A DNA stretch of 64,000 bases from an uncultured Actinomycetota bacterium (GCA_963815125.1 CAWFFM010000001.1:484713-548712); one strand, 5' to 3'; shown: positions 49,148 to 58,010, counted from the first letter of the stretch. Numbers and translations: made by a program. The notes: generated from the letters alone by a model not told the origin.

Positions 49148-49357
49148 CTTCCCCGCCAGGCAGGGACTTTCCGGAGAGACAGAGCTTCTCGAAAGACGGG
49201 CTTCCCGAGAGACAGGCTTCCCAAGAGGCAGGGCTTCCACGAGACAAAGTTTCCATGAGACGGGTTTCCGAAGGACTGTTTTCCTGGGGGCAAGTAATCC
49301 CGGGAGCATGGTGCTCCGAGACTGAAGCTCCGGAGGCATGTTTTCCGAGACGCGTCG
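49148..49357 (+). repeat. degenerate tandem array with a period of about 16 nt, consensus YTTCC-NN-GAGAC-RGG, in the rho leader
   Basis: Pyrimidine cores start at 49149, 49169, 49186, 49202, 49218, 49235, 49251, 49266, 49281, 49297, 49314, 49328 and 49343, giving spacings of 14-20 nt that are mostly 15-17 nt. Weaker units extend the array to about 49095 and 49440. A period that is not a multiple of 3, together with weak GC3 in all frames, argues against coding. Confidence 0.8.
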
Positions 49358-49682
49358 CGGGCCGCCTGTGAGGGTGGAGCGTGGGCACGCTTCGGAAGAC
49401 ATCGTCTTTCCGTCAGGCAATGCGTTCCGGCAGGCATGCGCTGCACACGGGAAGAGGACCACCGATGCGGTACCCCTGCACTCCAACGGGCCTGGTAACG
49501 GTCGGTTGAGTTCGGTGGCGTGGTCTGGACCGGTTGCCGTCAGGCGGTCGTGGTCCGGTACACCGCCGGACAGCAGCAACCTTCGACGCGGGCGAGGAGC
49601 GTGCGGCGAAGGTGTACCCGCGGTCCGGCGATCTGCATTGCCACATCCGCCGTACCGCGGTCAGAACGAGGGAAGGAATCCA

Positions 49683-51701
49683 TTGAGCGACACTACCGAC
49701 CTGAAGTCGGGATCGCCCGACGCCGAAGTGGGCACCGAGCAGCCGTCCGCGGCGGGTGGCGCCAGCCGCCGTCGTCGCAGCGGCACCGGTCTGTCGGCGA
49801 TGCTCCTGTCGGAGTTGCAGACCCTGGCTTCGTCGCTCGGCATCTCGGGCACCGGCAGGATGCGCAAGGGCGAGCTGATCGCCGCCATCCAGGACAAGCA
49901 GCAGGGTGGTGCCGGGGCGGCGTCCGAAGGTCGGGTACCTGGTCCGCGCCAGGCCGAGCACGCCGCTGCCGGTAGGTCGGCCGGTTCGGCCGATGCTGCT
50001 GCTGCGGGCGGCGACCACGGTGCGGCGCAGCAGGCGTTGCCCGGCACCGACGGATCGGCTGCCGGTGGCCGCACCCGGCAGCGGGCCAACCGTTCGGCCG
50101 GCGCGTCCTCCCGGCAGCCGGACACCGATTCGGCTGAGCGCACCGATCGTGGCGAGCAGAGCGACCGTACGGAGCAGGCGACCCGCCCGGAGCGCGACCG
50201 CGGTGGTAACGACCGTGGCGGTAACGAGCGCAGCAGCGATCGCAGCGGTAACGACCGCAACAGCGACCGTGGCGGCAGCGACCGTGGCGGTAACGACCGT
50301 GGCGGTAACGACCGCCAGCGCGGCGGCAGCGACCGCAACAGCGATCGCGGTGGCAACGACCGTGGCGGCAACGACCGTGGTGGCAACGACCGCAACAGCG
50401 ATCGTGGCGGTAACGATCGCGGTGGCAACCGACATGACGACGAGGGCGAGGGCGGCGGTCGTCGCCGTGGCCGCCGGTTCCGGGACCGTCGTCGTACCGG
50501 CGGTAGCGGTAGCGGCAGCGGTGGTGGCCGGGAACGCGGGAACGACAACGAGCCCGCCGTGGCCGACGACGACGTCCTGCTGCCGGTCGCTGGCATCGTC
50601 GACATCCTCGACAACTACGCGTTCATCCGTACCAGCGGTTACCTGGCCGGACCGAACGACGTGTACGTGTCGATGTCGCAGATCCGCCGCTACGGCCTGC
50701 GCCGTGGTGACGCGGTCACCGGTGCGGTGCGTCAGGCCCGTGAGGGTGAGCAGCGACGGGACAAGTACAACCCGTTGATGCGGCTGGACACCATCAACGG
50801 CATGGACCCCGAGGAGTCCAAGCGCCGGCCGGAGTTCTACAAGCTGACGCCGCTCTACCCGCAGGACCGCCTGCGGCTGGAGACCGAGTCGAACATCGTC
50901 ACCACCCGCATCATCGACCTGATGACGCCGATCGGGAAGGGTCAGCGCGCGCTGATCCTCAGCCCGCCGAAGGCCGGCAAGACGCTGGTGCTGCAGGCGA
51001 TCGCCAACGGGATCACCACCAACAACCCCGAGGCGTTGCTGATGGTCGTACTGGTCGACGAGCGGCCCGAGGAAGTCACCGACATGCAGCGGTCGGTGAA
51101 GGGCGAGGTCATCGCGGCCACGTTCGACCGGCCGCCGGCAGACCACACCACGGTCGCCGAGCTGTCCATCGAGCGGGCCAAGCGGATGGTGGAGCTGGGC
51201 CACGACGTGGTCGTGCTGCTCGACTCGATCACCCGGCTCGCCCGGTCGTACAACCTGGCCGCCCCGGCCAGCGGGCGGATCATGTCCGGTGGTCTGGACT
51301 CGACCGCGCTGTACCCGCCGAAGCGGTTCCTGGGCGCGGCGCGCAACATCGAGAACGGCGGCTCGCTGACGATCATCGGTACCGCGCTGGTCGAGACCGG
51401 CTCGGTGATGGACACGGTGATCTTCGAGGAGTTCAAGAGCACCGGCAACGCCGAGCTGCGGCTGGACCGCAAGATCGCCGAGAAGCGGGTCTTCCCCGCT
51501 GTCGACGTGAACGCCTCCAGCACCCGCCGTGAGGAGATCCTGCTGGCCCCCGATGAGCTGGCGATCGTGCACAAACTGCGCCGGGTGCTGCACGCACTCG
51601 ACCCGCAGCAGGCCATCGACCTTCTTCTCGACCAGATGAAGAAGACGAAGACCAACGCGGAGTTCCTGATGCAGATCGCGAAGTCCACTCCGGGCGAGTA
51701 G
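49683..51701 (+). CDS. rho: transcription termination factor Rho with a large Arg/Gly/Asp/Asn-rich N-terminal insertion
   Basis: The TTG at 49683 lies 5 nt after GGGAAGGA and gives LSDTTDLK...RRRRSGTGLSAMLLSELQTLASSLGISGTGRMRKGELIAAI, the typical actinobacterial Rho N-terminus. The motifs are the Walker A PPKAGKT, the RNA-binding domain GYLAGPNDVYVS and FPAVDVNASSTRREE. The ORF region upstream (49338-49682) has poor GC3. Confidence 0.95.
   Translation: MSDTTDLKSGSPDAEVGTEQPSAAGGASRRRRSGTGLSAMLLSELQTLASSLGISGTGRMRKGELIAAIQDKQQGGAGAASEGRVPGPRQAEHAAAGRSAGSADAAAAGGDHGAAQQALPGTDGSAAGGRTRQRANRSAGASSRQPDTDSAERTDRGEQSDRTEQATRPERDRGGNDRGGNERSSDRSGNDRNSDRGGSDRGGNDRGGNDRQRGGSDRNSDRGGNDRGGNDRGGNDRNSDRGGNDRGGNRHDDEGEGGGRRRGRRFRDRRRTGGSGSGSGGGRERGNDNEPAVADDDVLLPVAGIVDILDNYAFIRTSGYLAGPNDVYVSMSQIRRYGLRRGDAVTGAVRQAREGEQRRDKYNPLMRLDTINGMDPEESKRRPEFYKLTPLYPQDRLRLETESNIVTTRIIDLMTPIGKGQRALILSPPKAGKTLVLQAIANGITTNNPEALLMVVLVDERPEEVTDMQRSVKGEVIAATFDRPPADHTTVAELSIERAKRMVELGHDVVVLLDSITRLARSYNLAAPASGRIMSGGLDSTALYPPKRFLGAARNIENGGSLTIIGTALVETGSVMDTVIFEEFKSTGNAELRLDRKIAEKRVFPAVDVNASSTRREEILLAPDELAIVHKLRRVLHALDPQQAIDLLLDQMKKTKTNAEFLMQIAKSTPGE
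50196..50429 (+). repeat. in-frame 15-nt tandem repeats (GACCGTGGCGGTAAC-like) encoding about 15 DRGGN/DRNSD pentapeptides inside rho
   Basis: The encoded sequence is DRGGNDRGGNERSSDRSGNDRNSDRGGSDRGGNDRGGNDRQRGGSDRNSDRGGNDRGGNDRGGNDRNSDRGGNDRGGN, read directly from the sequence. Confidence 0.9.
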
Positions 51702-51712
51702 TAACGCCATGT

Positions 51713-51753
51713 ACGGACGGCCCGACACCCTGACCGGGTGCCGGGCCGTCCGT
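51713..51753 (+). terminator. GC hairpin immediately after rho (candidate terminator, no U-tract)
   Basis: A 12-bp stem pairs ACGGACGGCCCG (51713-51724) with CGGGCCGTCCGT (51742-51753) around a 17-nt loop. It starts 12 nt after the rho stop codon. Confidence 0.4.
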
Positions 51754-51785
51754 GTACCCGGGCCCCGTCGGACGGTGGTCCCGTC

Positions 51786-52739
51786 ATGCGGCAGATGACC
51801 CTGCTGGCCGGTGCGCGGATACCGGGTGAGGGCCGGGCGGGCTGCGCAGGGCCGGCCCACGGAGGCCGTGGTGCCGGGCTGGGCCGTCGGGTCACCGGTG
51901 CGGTTCCCCCGTCGGGTCTGATCCTGCTCGGGATCGTCTCGGTCCAACTCGGTGCGGCCCTGGCGAAACACCTGTTCGGCGTGTTGCCGCCAGCCTCGGT
52001 CGTCGCGGTACGGCTGGCCGCGGCTGCGGCCGTGCTGGTCGCCGCGACCCGGCCCCGGCTTCGCGGGCACCGATGGTCGGACCTGCTGCTCGTCGCGCTG
52101 TTCGGGTTGACCCTCGCGGTGATGAACTCGGCGATCTATCAGTCGATGGCCCGTATCCCGCTGGGTGTCGCGGTGACCGTGGAGTTCCTCGGGCCGTTGG
52201 GCGTGGCCGTGGCTGGTTCCCGGCGGGTACGCGACGTGGTGTGGGTGCTGCTGGCCGGTGGGGGTGTGCTGCTGCTGGCACGCGGTGGTGCCGGGGTGGA
52301 CGCGGCGGGCGTTGCGTGGGCCGTACTGGCCGCCGCCGCCTGGGCCGGCTACATCGTGCTCACCGCCGCGACGGGTCGCCGGTTCCCCGGTTCGTCCGGG
52401 CTCGCCGTGGCGATGTGTGTGGGCGCGGTACTGGCTCTGCCGCTTGGCGTTGCGCAGGGCGGCGGAGCGCTGTTGCGGCCGGAACTGCTGGCGCTCGGTG
52501 CCGGCGTGGGGCTGGCATCCTCGGCGATCCCGTACGCGCTGGAGATGGAGGCGTTGCGGCGGATGCCGGCCCGGGTGTTCGGGATCCTGATGAGTGTGGA
52601 ACCCGCGGTCGCCGCGCTGGTGGGTCTGGTGGTGCTGGGCGAGGTACTGGTCGTCCGGCAGTGGATCGCGATCGGCTGTGTGATCGTGGCGAGCACCGGG
52701 GCGACCCGGGGCGCGGCCGACCATCCACCCGGTGAATGA
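51786..52739 (+). CDS. rhtA: EamA/DMT-family exporter resembling the threonine/homoserine exporter RhtA
   Basis: ILLGIVSVQLGAALAKHLF, AVRLAAAAAVL, FGLTLAVMNSAIYQSMARIPLGVAVTVEFLGPLGVAVAGSRR and DVVWVLLAGGGVLLL run parallel to E. coli RhtA as I remember it. The start is uncertain. The ATG at 51786 was chosen because it lies after the rho hairpin. Confidence 0.7.
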   Translation: MRQMTLLAGARIPGEGRAGCAGPAHGGRGAGLGRRVTGAVPPSGLILLGIVSVQLGAALAKHLFGVLPPASVVAVRLAAAAAVLVAATRPRLRGHRWSDLLLVALFGLTLAVMNSAIYQSMARIPLGVAVTVEFLGPLGVAVAGSRRVRDVVWVLLAGGGVLLLARGGAGVDAAGVAWAVLAAAAWAGYIVLTAATGRRFPGSSGLAVAMCVGAVLALPLGVAQGGGALLRPELLALGAGVGLASSAIPYALEMEALRRMPARVFGILMSVEPAVAALVGLVVLGEVLVVRQWIAIGCVIVASTGATRGAADHPPGE

Positions 52740-52830
52740 AGTTTTCTTGCGATTTACTGTTCAGCCTTGTAAGAAGTAACCTTCTGCGGTTGACTGCTGT
52801 TGCCCGTCAACAGTGTCCCCAGGAGGCAGC

Positions 52831-55800
52831 GTGGCTGCGCCCCGTACCGTTTGTCCGAACCGACACTCCGTCCCACCGGGCCGCCGCAACGCGTCGCGTA
52901 CCGGTGCGGCGCTCGGTCTGGCCGCACTGCTCGCACTGAGCGTCGCGGCGCCCGCACCCGCGGCCCCCCGGGCCCAGCGTCCGCACACTTCTGCGGCGTC
53001 CAGCGGCGTCCCCGACTCGATCGAGATCAACCGGACGAACCGGCCGGTCGCCCCCGGGATCACGCTCAGCAGCTTCGACCGGTTCGAGTCCGGTGGGTGG
53101 CTGCGGGCACAGTCGTTGAGCGTCGACCTGTCCGGCGGCAACGGCGTGCGCTACCTGTCCGCCGATCCGGTCGCCAGTACCCAGACCGTGGCGACCCAGG
53201 TGAAGTCCGAGCCGCGCGCGGTTGCCGCGATCAACGGCGACTTCTTCGACATCAACGACACCAACGCATCCGAGGGTGTCGGGATCGCCGCCGGCAAGAT
53301 GGTGAAGTCCAGTGTCGACGGATACTCCAACGCGGTCAGCATCGACCCACAGGGCGCCGGACACATCCTGCAGGTCTACTTCGACGGTACGGTCACCCTG
53401 CCGGACGGCGCGCACAAACTCAGTCAGTACAACGCTGCCCGGATCGGCAAGGACGGCATCGGTGAGTACACCCGTTCCTGGGGGCCGGTGTCGCGCTCCC
53501 GACCGGTACAGGGTGCCACCGACACCGCCGAGGTCACCGTCCACAACGGAGTCGTCAGCAGTGCCCCGGGCACACCGGGCGCGGGTACTCCCGGCGAGGG
53601 CGACTTCGTACTGGTCGGCCGGGAGGCCGGCGCGGACACACTCAGGGCATTGTCGGTAGGGGACCGGGTCTCGGTCGCCTACTCCCCGCGTACCAGCGAC
53701 GGTTCCACCTCCCGTACCGCGATCGGCGCCAACCAGCTGCTGGTGGTCGACGGTGCGGTGCAGACACCGGCGGACGACGCGCTCGCGGCCCGTTCGGCGG
53801 TCGGTTTCTCCCGCGACGGTACGAAGATGTACCTGCTGACGGTGGACGGTAAGCAGACCGACAGCGTCGGGATCACCGTGCCCGAGATGGCCCGGATGAT
53901 CAGTGAGATGGGCGCCTACAACGCGGTCAACATTGACGGCGGCGGCTCCTCCACGCTGCTCGCCCGGCGGCCGGGCACCGATGACCTGGCCCTGGAGAAC
54001 AGCCCGTCGGACGGCTCCGAGCGCCCCGTCGCCAACGGCCTGGCCATCACCGCACCGGCTGGATCCGGTCGGTTGACAGGGTTCTGGGTCGGTACCGCCG
54101 CTGACGCGCGGTCGGCGCCGACCGTGGACCCGCGCCCCGGTGGGCATCCCGACCGGGTGTTCCCTGGATTGCACCGGCGGCTGACGGCGACCGGCTACGA
54201 CGAGACGTACGGCCCCGCTGCGGGTACCGCGTCCTGGCTGTCCGGCTCCGGTGAGGTCGGTACGGTCGACCGCAACGGCGTGTTCCGGGCCCGCCGCAGC
54301 GGCACCACCACCGTGGTCGCGCACCATGGCCGGGCTTCCGGAAAGGTGAGATTGACCGTGCTGGGTGCCCTGGACCGGATCGGCGCCAGTACACCCCGGG
54401 TCGGGCTGGCCGACCAGTCCGCCACCGGTTCGTTCGGCGTGGTCGGCTACGACCGGGCCGGCTACACGGCACCGATCGAGCCCGCGGACACGACCCTCGA
54501 CTACGACCACTCGCTGCTGTCCATAGACACCGATCCCGACGGCAACTTCGTTGTCAAGGCGCGCAAGGCATCCGGCGCAACTGTCGTGACTGTCCGGAGT
54601 GGACAGTTCGTCACCTCGGTGCCGGTCACGGTCGGGCTCAGCGACCAGCCGGTGGCGAACTTCGACGACGCAGCGCAGTGGACGTTCAGTGCGGCCCGGG
54701 CGACCGGATCGCTGTCGGCGGCCGACGGGCACACCGGCACCGGACTGAAGATGTCGTACGACTTCACCCAGTCCACCGCGACCCGCGCCGCGTACGCCAC
54801 CCCACCGGAACCCGTCACGATCCCCGGGCAGCCACAGGCGTTCGGTATGTGGATCTACGGCAACGGGCACGGGGAATGGCCCACCCTGCACCTGATCGAC
54901 GCGCAGGGCACCACCCAGCTGCTGCGTGGTGACTACATCACCTGGACCGGCTGGAAGTACGTGGAGATGGCGGTGCCGCCAGGCGTGTCGTACCCGGTGT
55001 CGCTGAGCCGGTTCTACGTGGCGGAGACCCGGGCGGACACGAAGTACCAGGGCGAGATCGTGATCGACGACCTGGTGGCCAAGGTACCGCCGCCGGTCGA
55101 CACCCCGGCCCAACCGATGGTGGCCGATCCGCTGGTCATCCACAACGGCACGCTCGGCGGACGGCACTGGCGCTTCGCGGTGATGTCCGACGCACAGTTC
55201 GTGGCGCGCGACCCGGACAGCGACATCGCCCGTTCGGCCCGTCGTACCCTGCGCGAGATCCGGGCGGCCCGGCCGGACTTCCTGATCATCGACGGCGACC
55301 TGGTCGACGAGGGGTCACCGGCCGACCTGGCGTTCGCACACCGGATGCTGACCGAGGAACTCGGCGACGCGGTGCCCTGGCACTACGTACCCGGCAATCA
55401 CGAGGTGATGGGCGGCAAGATCGACAACTTCGTCGCCGAATTCGGCCCGGCCCAACAGGTCTTCGACCATCAGGGGACCCGGTTCATCACCCTGGACACC
55501 TCCAGCCTGACCATCCGCGGCGGCGGCTTCGACCAGGTGGCGAAGTTCCGGGCCCAGCTGGACGCCGCCGCCACCGACGACTCGGTCAGCTCGGTGATGC
55601 TGGTCGAGCACGTACCGCCGCGCGACCCGACGCCGCAGAAGGGCAGCCAGCTCAACGACCGCAAGGAGGCGGCGCTGGTCGAGCAGTGGTTGTCCGACTT
55701 CGGCCGCCGTACCGGCAAGGGTGTCGGGTTCATCGGCGGGCACGTCGGGGTCTTCCATGCCTCCCATGTGGACGGTGTGTCGTACCTGATCAACGGCAAC

Positions 55801-56247
55801 TCGGGGAAGAACCCGGCGGCGCCGGCCGACGAGGGCGGGTTTGTCGGCTGGACCGAGTTCGGTGTGGATCCCCTCACCGCTGCCCAGCAGGCCGACCGGC
55901 GGGCCCACCCGTACCGCGGGCCGTCGGACTGGCTGGCCGCGCTGATCCGCCCGCAGACCGACAGCGTGGCGCTGAGCGGACCGGACACGTTGCGGGTCGG
56001 TGGGTCGGGTACCGCGACGGCGACGTTGACCCAGCCGGGTGGCCGGGTGGTTCCGGTCGCCTACCCGGTGGGCGCCGACTGGTCGGGCTCCACCCGGGTA
56101 CATGTCGGGCCGGGTCCGGCGCACCGCGGTGATGTCGTCAGGTTCGACCCGGATACCGGCCGGTTGACCGGTCTGCGACGGGGCAGTGCGACGCTCGCGG
56201 TGACGGTCAACGGGGTGGCCGCGCAGTTGACGGTCACGGTCGGCTGA
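52831..56247 (+). CDS. large secreted multidomain protein: phosphodiester glycosidase (NAGPA/DUF2233-like) domain, Ig-like modules, calcineurin-like metallophosphoesterase domain
   Basis: The GTG at 52831 lies 4 nt after AGGAGG. There is a signal peptide (GAALGLAALLALSVAAPAPAAP). The glycosidase part has AAINGDFFDI, AVGFSRDGTKMYLLTVDG and YNAVNIDGGGSSTL. The phosphoesterase part has RFAVMSDAQF, LIIDGDLVD and VPGNHE. The C-terminal segment ending in LTVTVG is Ig-like. Confidence 0.75.
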   Translation: MAAPRTVCPNRHSVPPGRRNASRTGAALGLAALLALSVAAPAPAAPRAQRPHTSAASSGVPDSIEINRTNRPVAPGITLSSFDRFESGGWLRAQSLSVDLSGGNGVRYLSADPVASTQTVATQVKSEPRAVAAINGDFFDINDTNASEGVGIAAGKMVKSSVDGYSNAVSIDPQGAGHILQVYFDGTVTLPDGAHKLSQYNAARIGKDGIGEYTRSWGPVSRSRPVQGATDTAEVTVHNGVVSSAPGTPGAGTPGEGDFVLVGREAGADTLRALSVGDRVSVAYSPRTSDGSTSRTAIGANQLLVVDGAVQTPADDALAARSAVGFSRDGTKMYLLTVDGKQTDSVGITVPEMARMISEMGAYNAVNIDGGGSSTLLARRPGTDDLALENSPSDGSERPVANGLAITAPAGSGRLTGFWVGTAADARSAPTVDPRPGGHPDRVFPGLHRRLTATGYDETYGPAAGTASWLSGSGEVGTVDRNGVFRARRSGTTTVVAHHGRASGKVRLTVLGALDRIGASTPRVGLADQSATGSFGVVGYDRAGYTAPIEPADTTLDYDHSLLSIDTDPDGNFVVKARKASGATVVTVRSGQFVTSVPVTVGLSDQPVANFDDAAQWTFSAARATGSLSAADGHTGTGLKMSYDFTQSTATRAAYATPPEPVTIPGQPQAFGMWIYGNGHGEWPTLHLIDAQGTTQLLRGDYITWTGWKYVEMAVPPGVSYPVSLSRFYVAETRADTKYQGEIVIDDLVAKVPPPVDTPAQPMVADPLVIHNGTLGGRHWRFAVMSDAQFVARDPDSDIARSARRTLREIRAARPDFLIIDGDLVDEGSPADLAFAHRMLTEELGDAVPWHYVPGNHEVMGGKIDNFVAEFGPAQQVFDHQGTRFITLDTSSLTIRGGGFDQVAKFRAQLDAAATDDSVSSVMLVEHVPPRDPTPQKGSQLNDRKEAALVEQWLSDFGRRTGKGVGFIGGHVGVFHASHVDGVSYLINGNSGKNPAAPADEGGFVGWTEFGVDPLTAAQQADRRAHPYRGPSDWLAALIRPQTDSVALSGPDTLRVGGSGTATATLTQPGGRVVPVAYPVGADWSGSTRVHVGPGPAHRGDVVRFDPDTGRLTGLRRGSATLAVTVNGVAAQLTVTVG

Positions 56248-56486
56248 TCCTCGGGACGTGCGGATGTGCCCTGTCCGTGCCTGTCCGTCCCGCTGACTCC
56301 GGCCGGGTGGCACGCAGCGTCGCGCCGCCCGGCCGGTACGCGCCCCGGGCATAACCGGGGTGGCCTGAGCGTTACCCAGGCAGTGTGGTCGCCAGTGGGC
56401 GTGTCACACTGGTCCGTCGGCCCGTTTGAGGTACCGGTTCACGTCGCGCCAGCGACGACCCGGCGACCTGGAGGAGAGAGACCCCA

Positions 56487-56723
56487 ATGAAGAGTGGTAT
56501 CCACCCGCAGTACCAGGTGACGCAGGTCACCTGCTCCTGTGGCAACGCGTTCAGCACCCGCAGCACTGCGGAGTCCGGCAGCATCCACGTCGAGACCTGC
56601 AACGCCTGCCACCCGTTCTACACCGGCAAGCAGCGCATTCTGGACACCGGCGGTCGCGTCGCCAAGTTCCAGCAGAAGTACGCGCGCGCCGAGGCTGCCA
56701 AGAAGGCCAAGGCCGCCAAGTAG
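56487..56723 (+). CDS. rpmE: 50S ribosomal protein L31 (Cys-containing, zinc-ribbon type A)
   Basis: The sequence is MKSGIHPQY...CSCGN...[24 protein letters not shown]. The ATG lies after GGAGGAGAG. Confidence 0.95.
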   Translation: MKSGIHPQYQVTQVTCSCGNAFSTRSTAESGSIHVETCNACHPFYTGKQRILDTGGRVAKFQQKYARAEAAKKAKAAK

Positions 56724-56868
56724 CGACCCCGACGGCGTCCGTCGGCCGGATCCACGAAGTTCGCGCACCGCGCGGTGGACCGGTCAGCGGGCGCCGTTGC
56801 GTCTGTTCCGCACCCGACGTCGCGCTTTCGACGTCGATCTTCTCGACGTCGATCTTCCGGAGGTAGCG

Positions 56869-57966
56869 ATGGAGACAGCTGGGGGAGACCGACTCGCCGC
56901 GCTCCGCGCCGAGTACGGCGAACTGGAGGAACGGCTCGCGGACCCGGTGCTGCACGCCGACGCCGGTGAGGCACGGCGGGTAGGTCGGCGCTACGCCGAA
57001 CTCGGGCCACTGGTGCGTACCGCAGCAGAGCTCGACGCCGTCCGGGCCGACCTGGCCGCCGCGACCGAACTGGCCACCGAGGACGCGTCCTTCGCCCCCG
57101 AGGTCGACCAGCTGGCCACCGCGGTACCGGTATTGGAACAGCGGCTGGCCGAACTGCTCGCGCCGCGCGACCCGAACGACGGCAAGGACGTCATCCTGGA
57201 GATCAAGGCCGGTGAGGGCGGCGACGAGTCGGCGCTGTTCGCCGGTGACCTGGTCCGGATGTACCTGCGCTACGCCGAGCGGCACGGTTGGCAGGCCGAG
57301 GTGATCGACGCGGAGGAGACCGACCTCGGTGGCTACAAGGACATCTCCGTCGCGGTGAAGACCAAGGGCGTGCCCGAGGGTGGCATCGGGGTCTGGGCGC
57401 GGTTGAAGTTCGAGGGCGGCGTGCACCGGGTGCAGCGGGTACCCGTCACCGAGTCGCAGGGCCGCATCCACACCTCGGCCGCCGGCGTTCTGGTGCTGCC
57501 CGAGGCGGAGGAGGTCGATGTGACCGTCGACCCCAATGAGCTGCGGATCGACGTCTACCGCTCCTCCGGGCCGGGCGGGCAGAGCGTCAACACCACCGAC
57601 TCGGCCGTACGGATCACCCACCTGCCGACCGGCATCGTGGTCTCCTGCCAGAACGAGAAGTCGCAGCTGCAGAACAAGGAGCAGGCGCTGCGTATCCTGC
57701 GGGCCCGGATGCTGGCCGCCGCGCAGGACGAGGCGGACGCCGCGGCCAGCGATGCGCGCCGCTCGCAGGTGCGTACCGTGGACCGTTCGGAGCGGATCCG
57801 CACCTACAACTTCCCGCAGAACCGGATCACCGACCACCGGATCGGTTTTACCGCCTACAACCTCGACCAGGTGCTGGACGGGGAACTCGACCCGGTCCTC
57901 GATGCCCTGGCCGAGGCGGACCGGCAGGCCCGGCTCGCCGGCGACGATCACCTGTCGCGTTCCTGA
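56869..57966 (+). CDS. prfA: peptide chain release factor 1
   Basis: The motifs are PVT (in [17 protein letters not shown]) and [23 protein letters not shown] (GGQ motif). The ATG at 56869 lies 5 nt after GGAGG. The listed ORF starting at 56539 is an upstream extension. Confidence 0.95.
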   Translation: METAGGDRLAALRAEYGELEERLADPVLHADAGEARRVGRRYAELGPLVRTAAELDAVRADLAAATELATEDASFAPEVDQLATAVPVLEQRLAELLAPRDPNDGKDVILEIKAGEGGDESALFAGDLVRMYLRYAERHGWQAEVIDAEETDLGGYKDISVAVKTKGVPEGGIGVWARLKFEGGVHRVQRVPVTESQGRIHTSAAGVLVLPEAEEVDVTVDPNELRIDVYRSSGPGGQSVNTTDSAVRITHLPTGIVVSCQNEKSQLQNKEQALRILRARMLAAAQDEADAAASDARRSQVRTVDRSERIRTYNFPQNRITDHRIGFTAYNLDQVLDGELDPVLDALAEADRQARLAGDDHLSRS

Positions 57967-58010
57967 CGGCACCGCTGCGGTAGGGCGCCGGGGCAGGCGT
58001 GCTTCGCCGC

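Noticed and set aside
49413-52724. The 1103-aa minus-strand ORF spanning rho and the exporter. Comparable long shadow ORFs are 52807..55167(-), 45896..47662(+), 34740..36503(+), 36510..38513(+), 24408..26246(-), 9339..10760(-), 19069..20736(+), 19325..21358(-), 28648..29967(+), 29989..31227(-) and 56551..58107(-).
   Set aside because: All overlap genes with clear family signatures on the other strand or frame. They translate to low-complexity Arg/Pro/Gly/His-rich sequence, so they are artefacts of GC-rich DNA.
56379-56414. The inverted repeat CCAGTGTG ... CACACTGG in the rpmE leader, considered as a possible ribosomal-protein autoregulatory structure.
   Set aside because: The stem is short (8 bp) with a loop of about 20 nt, and I do not recognise it as a known leader motif. 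I could not assess conservation.
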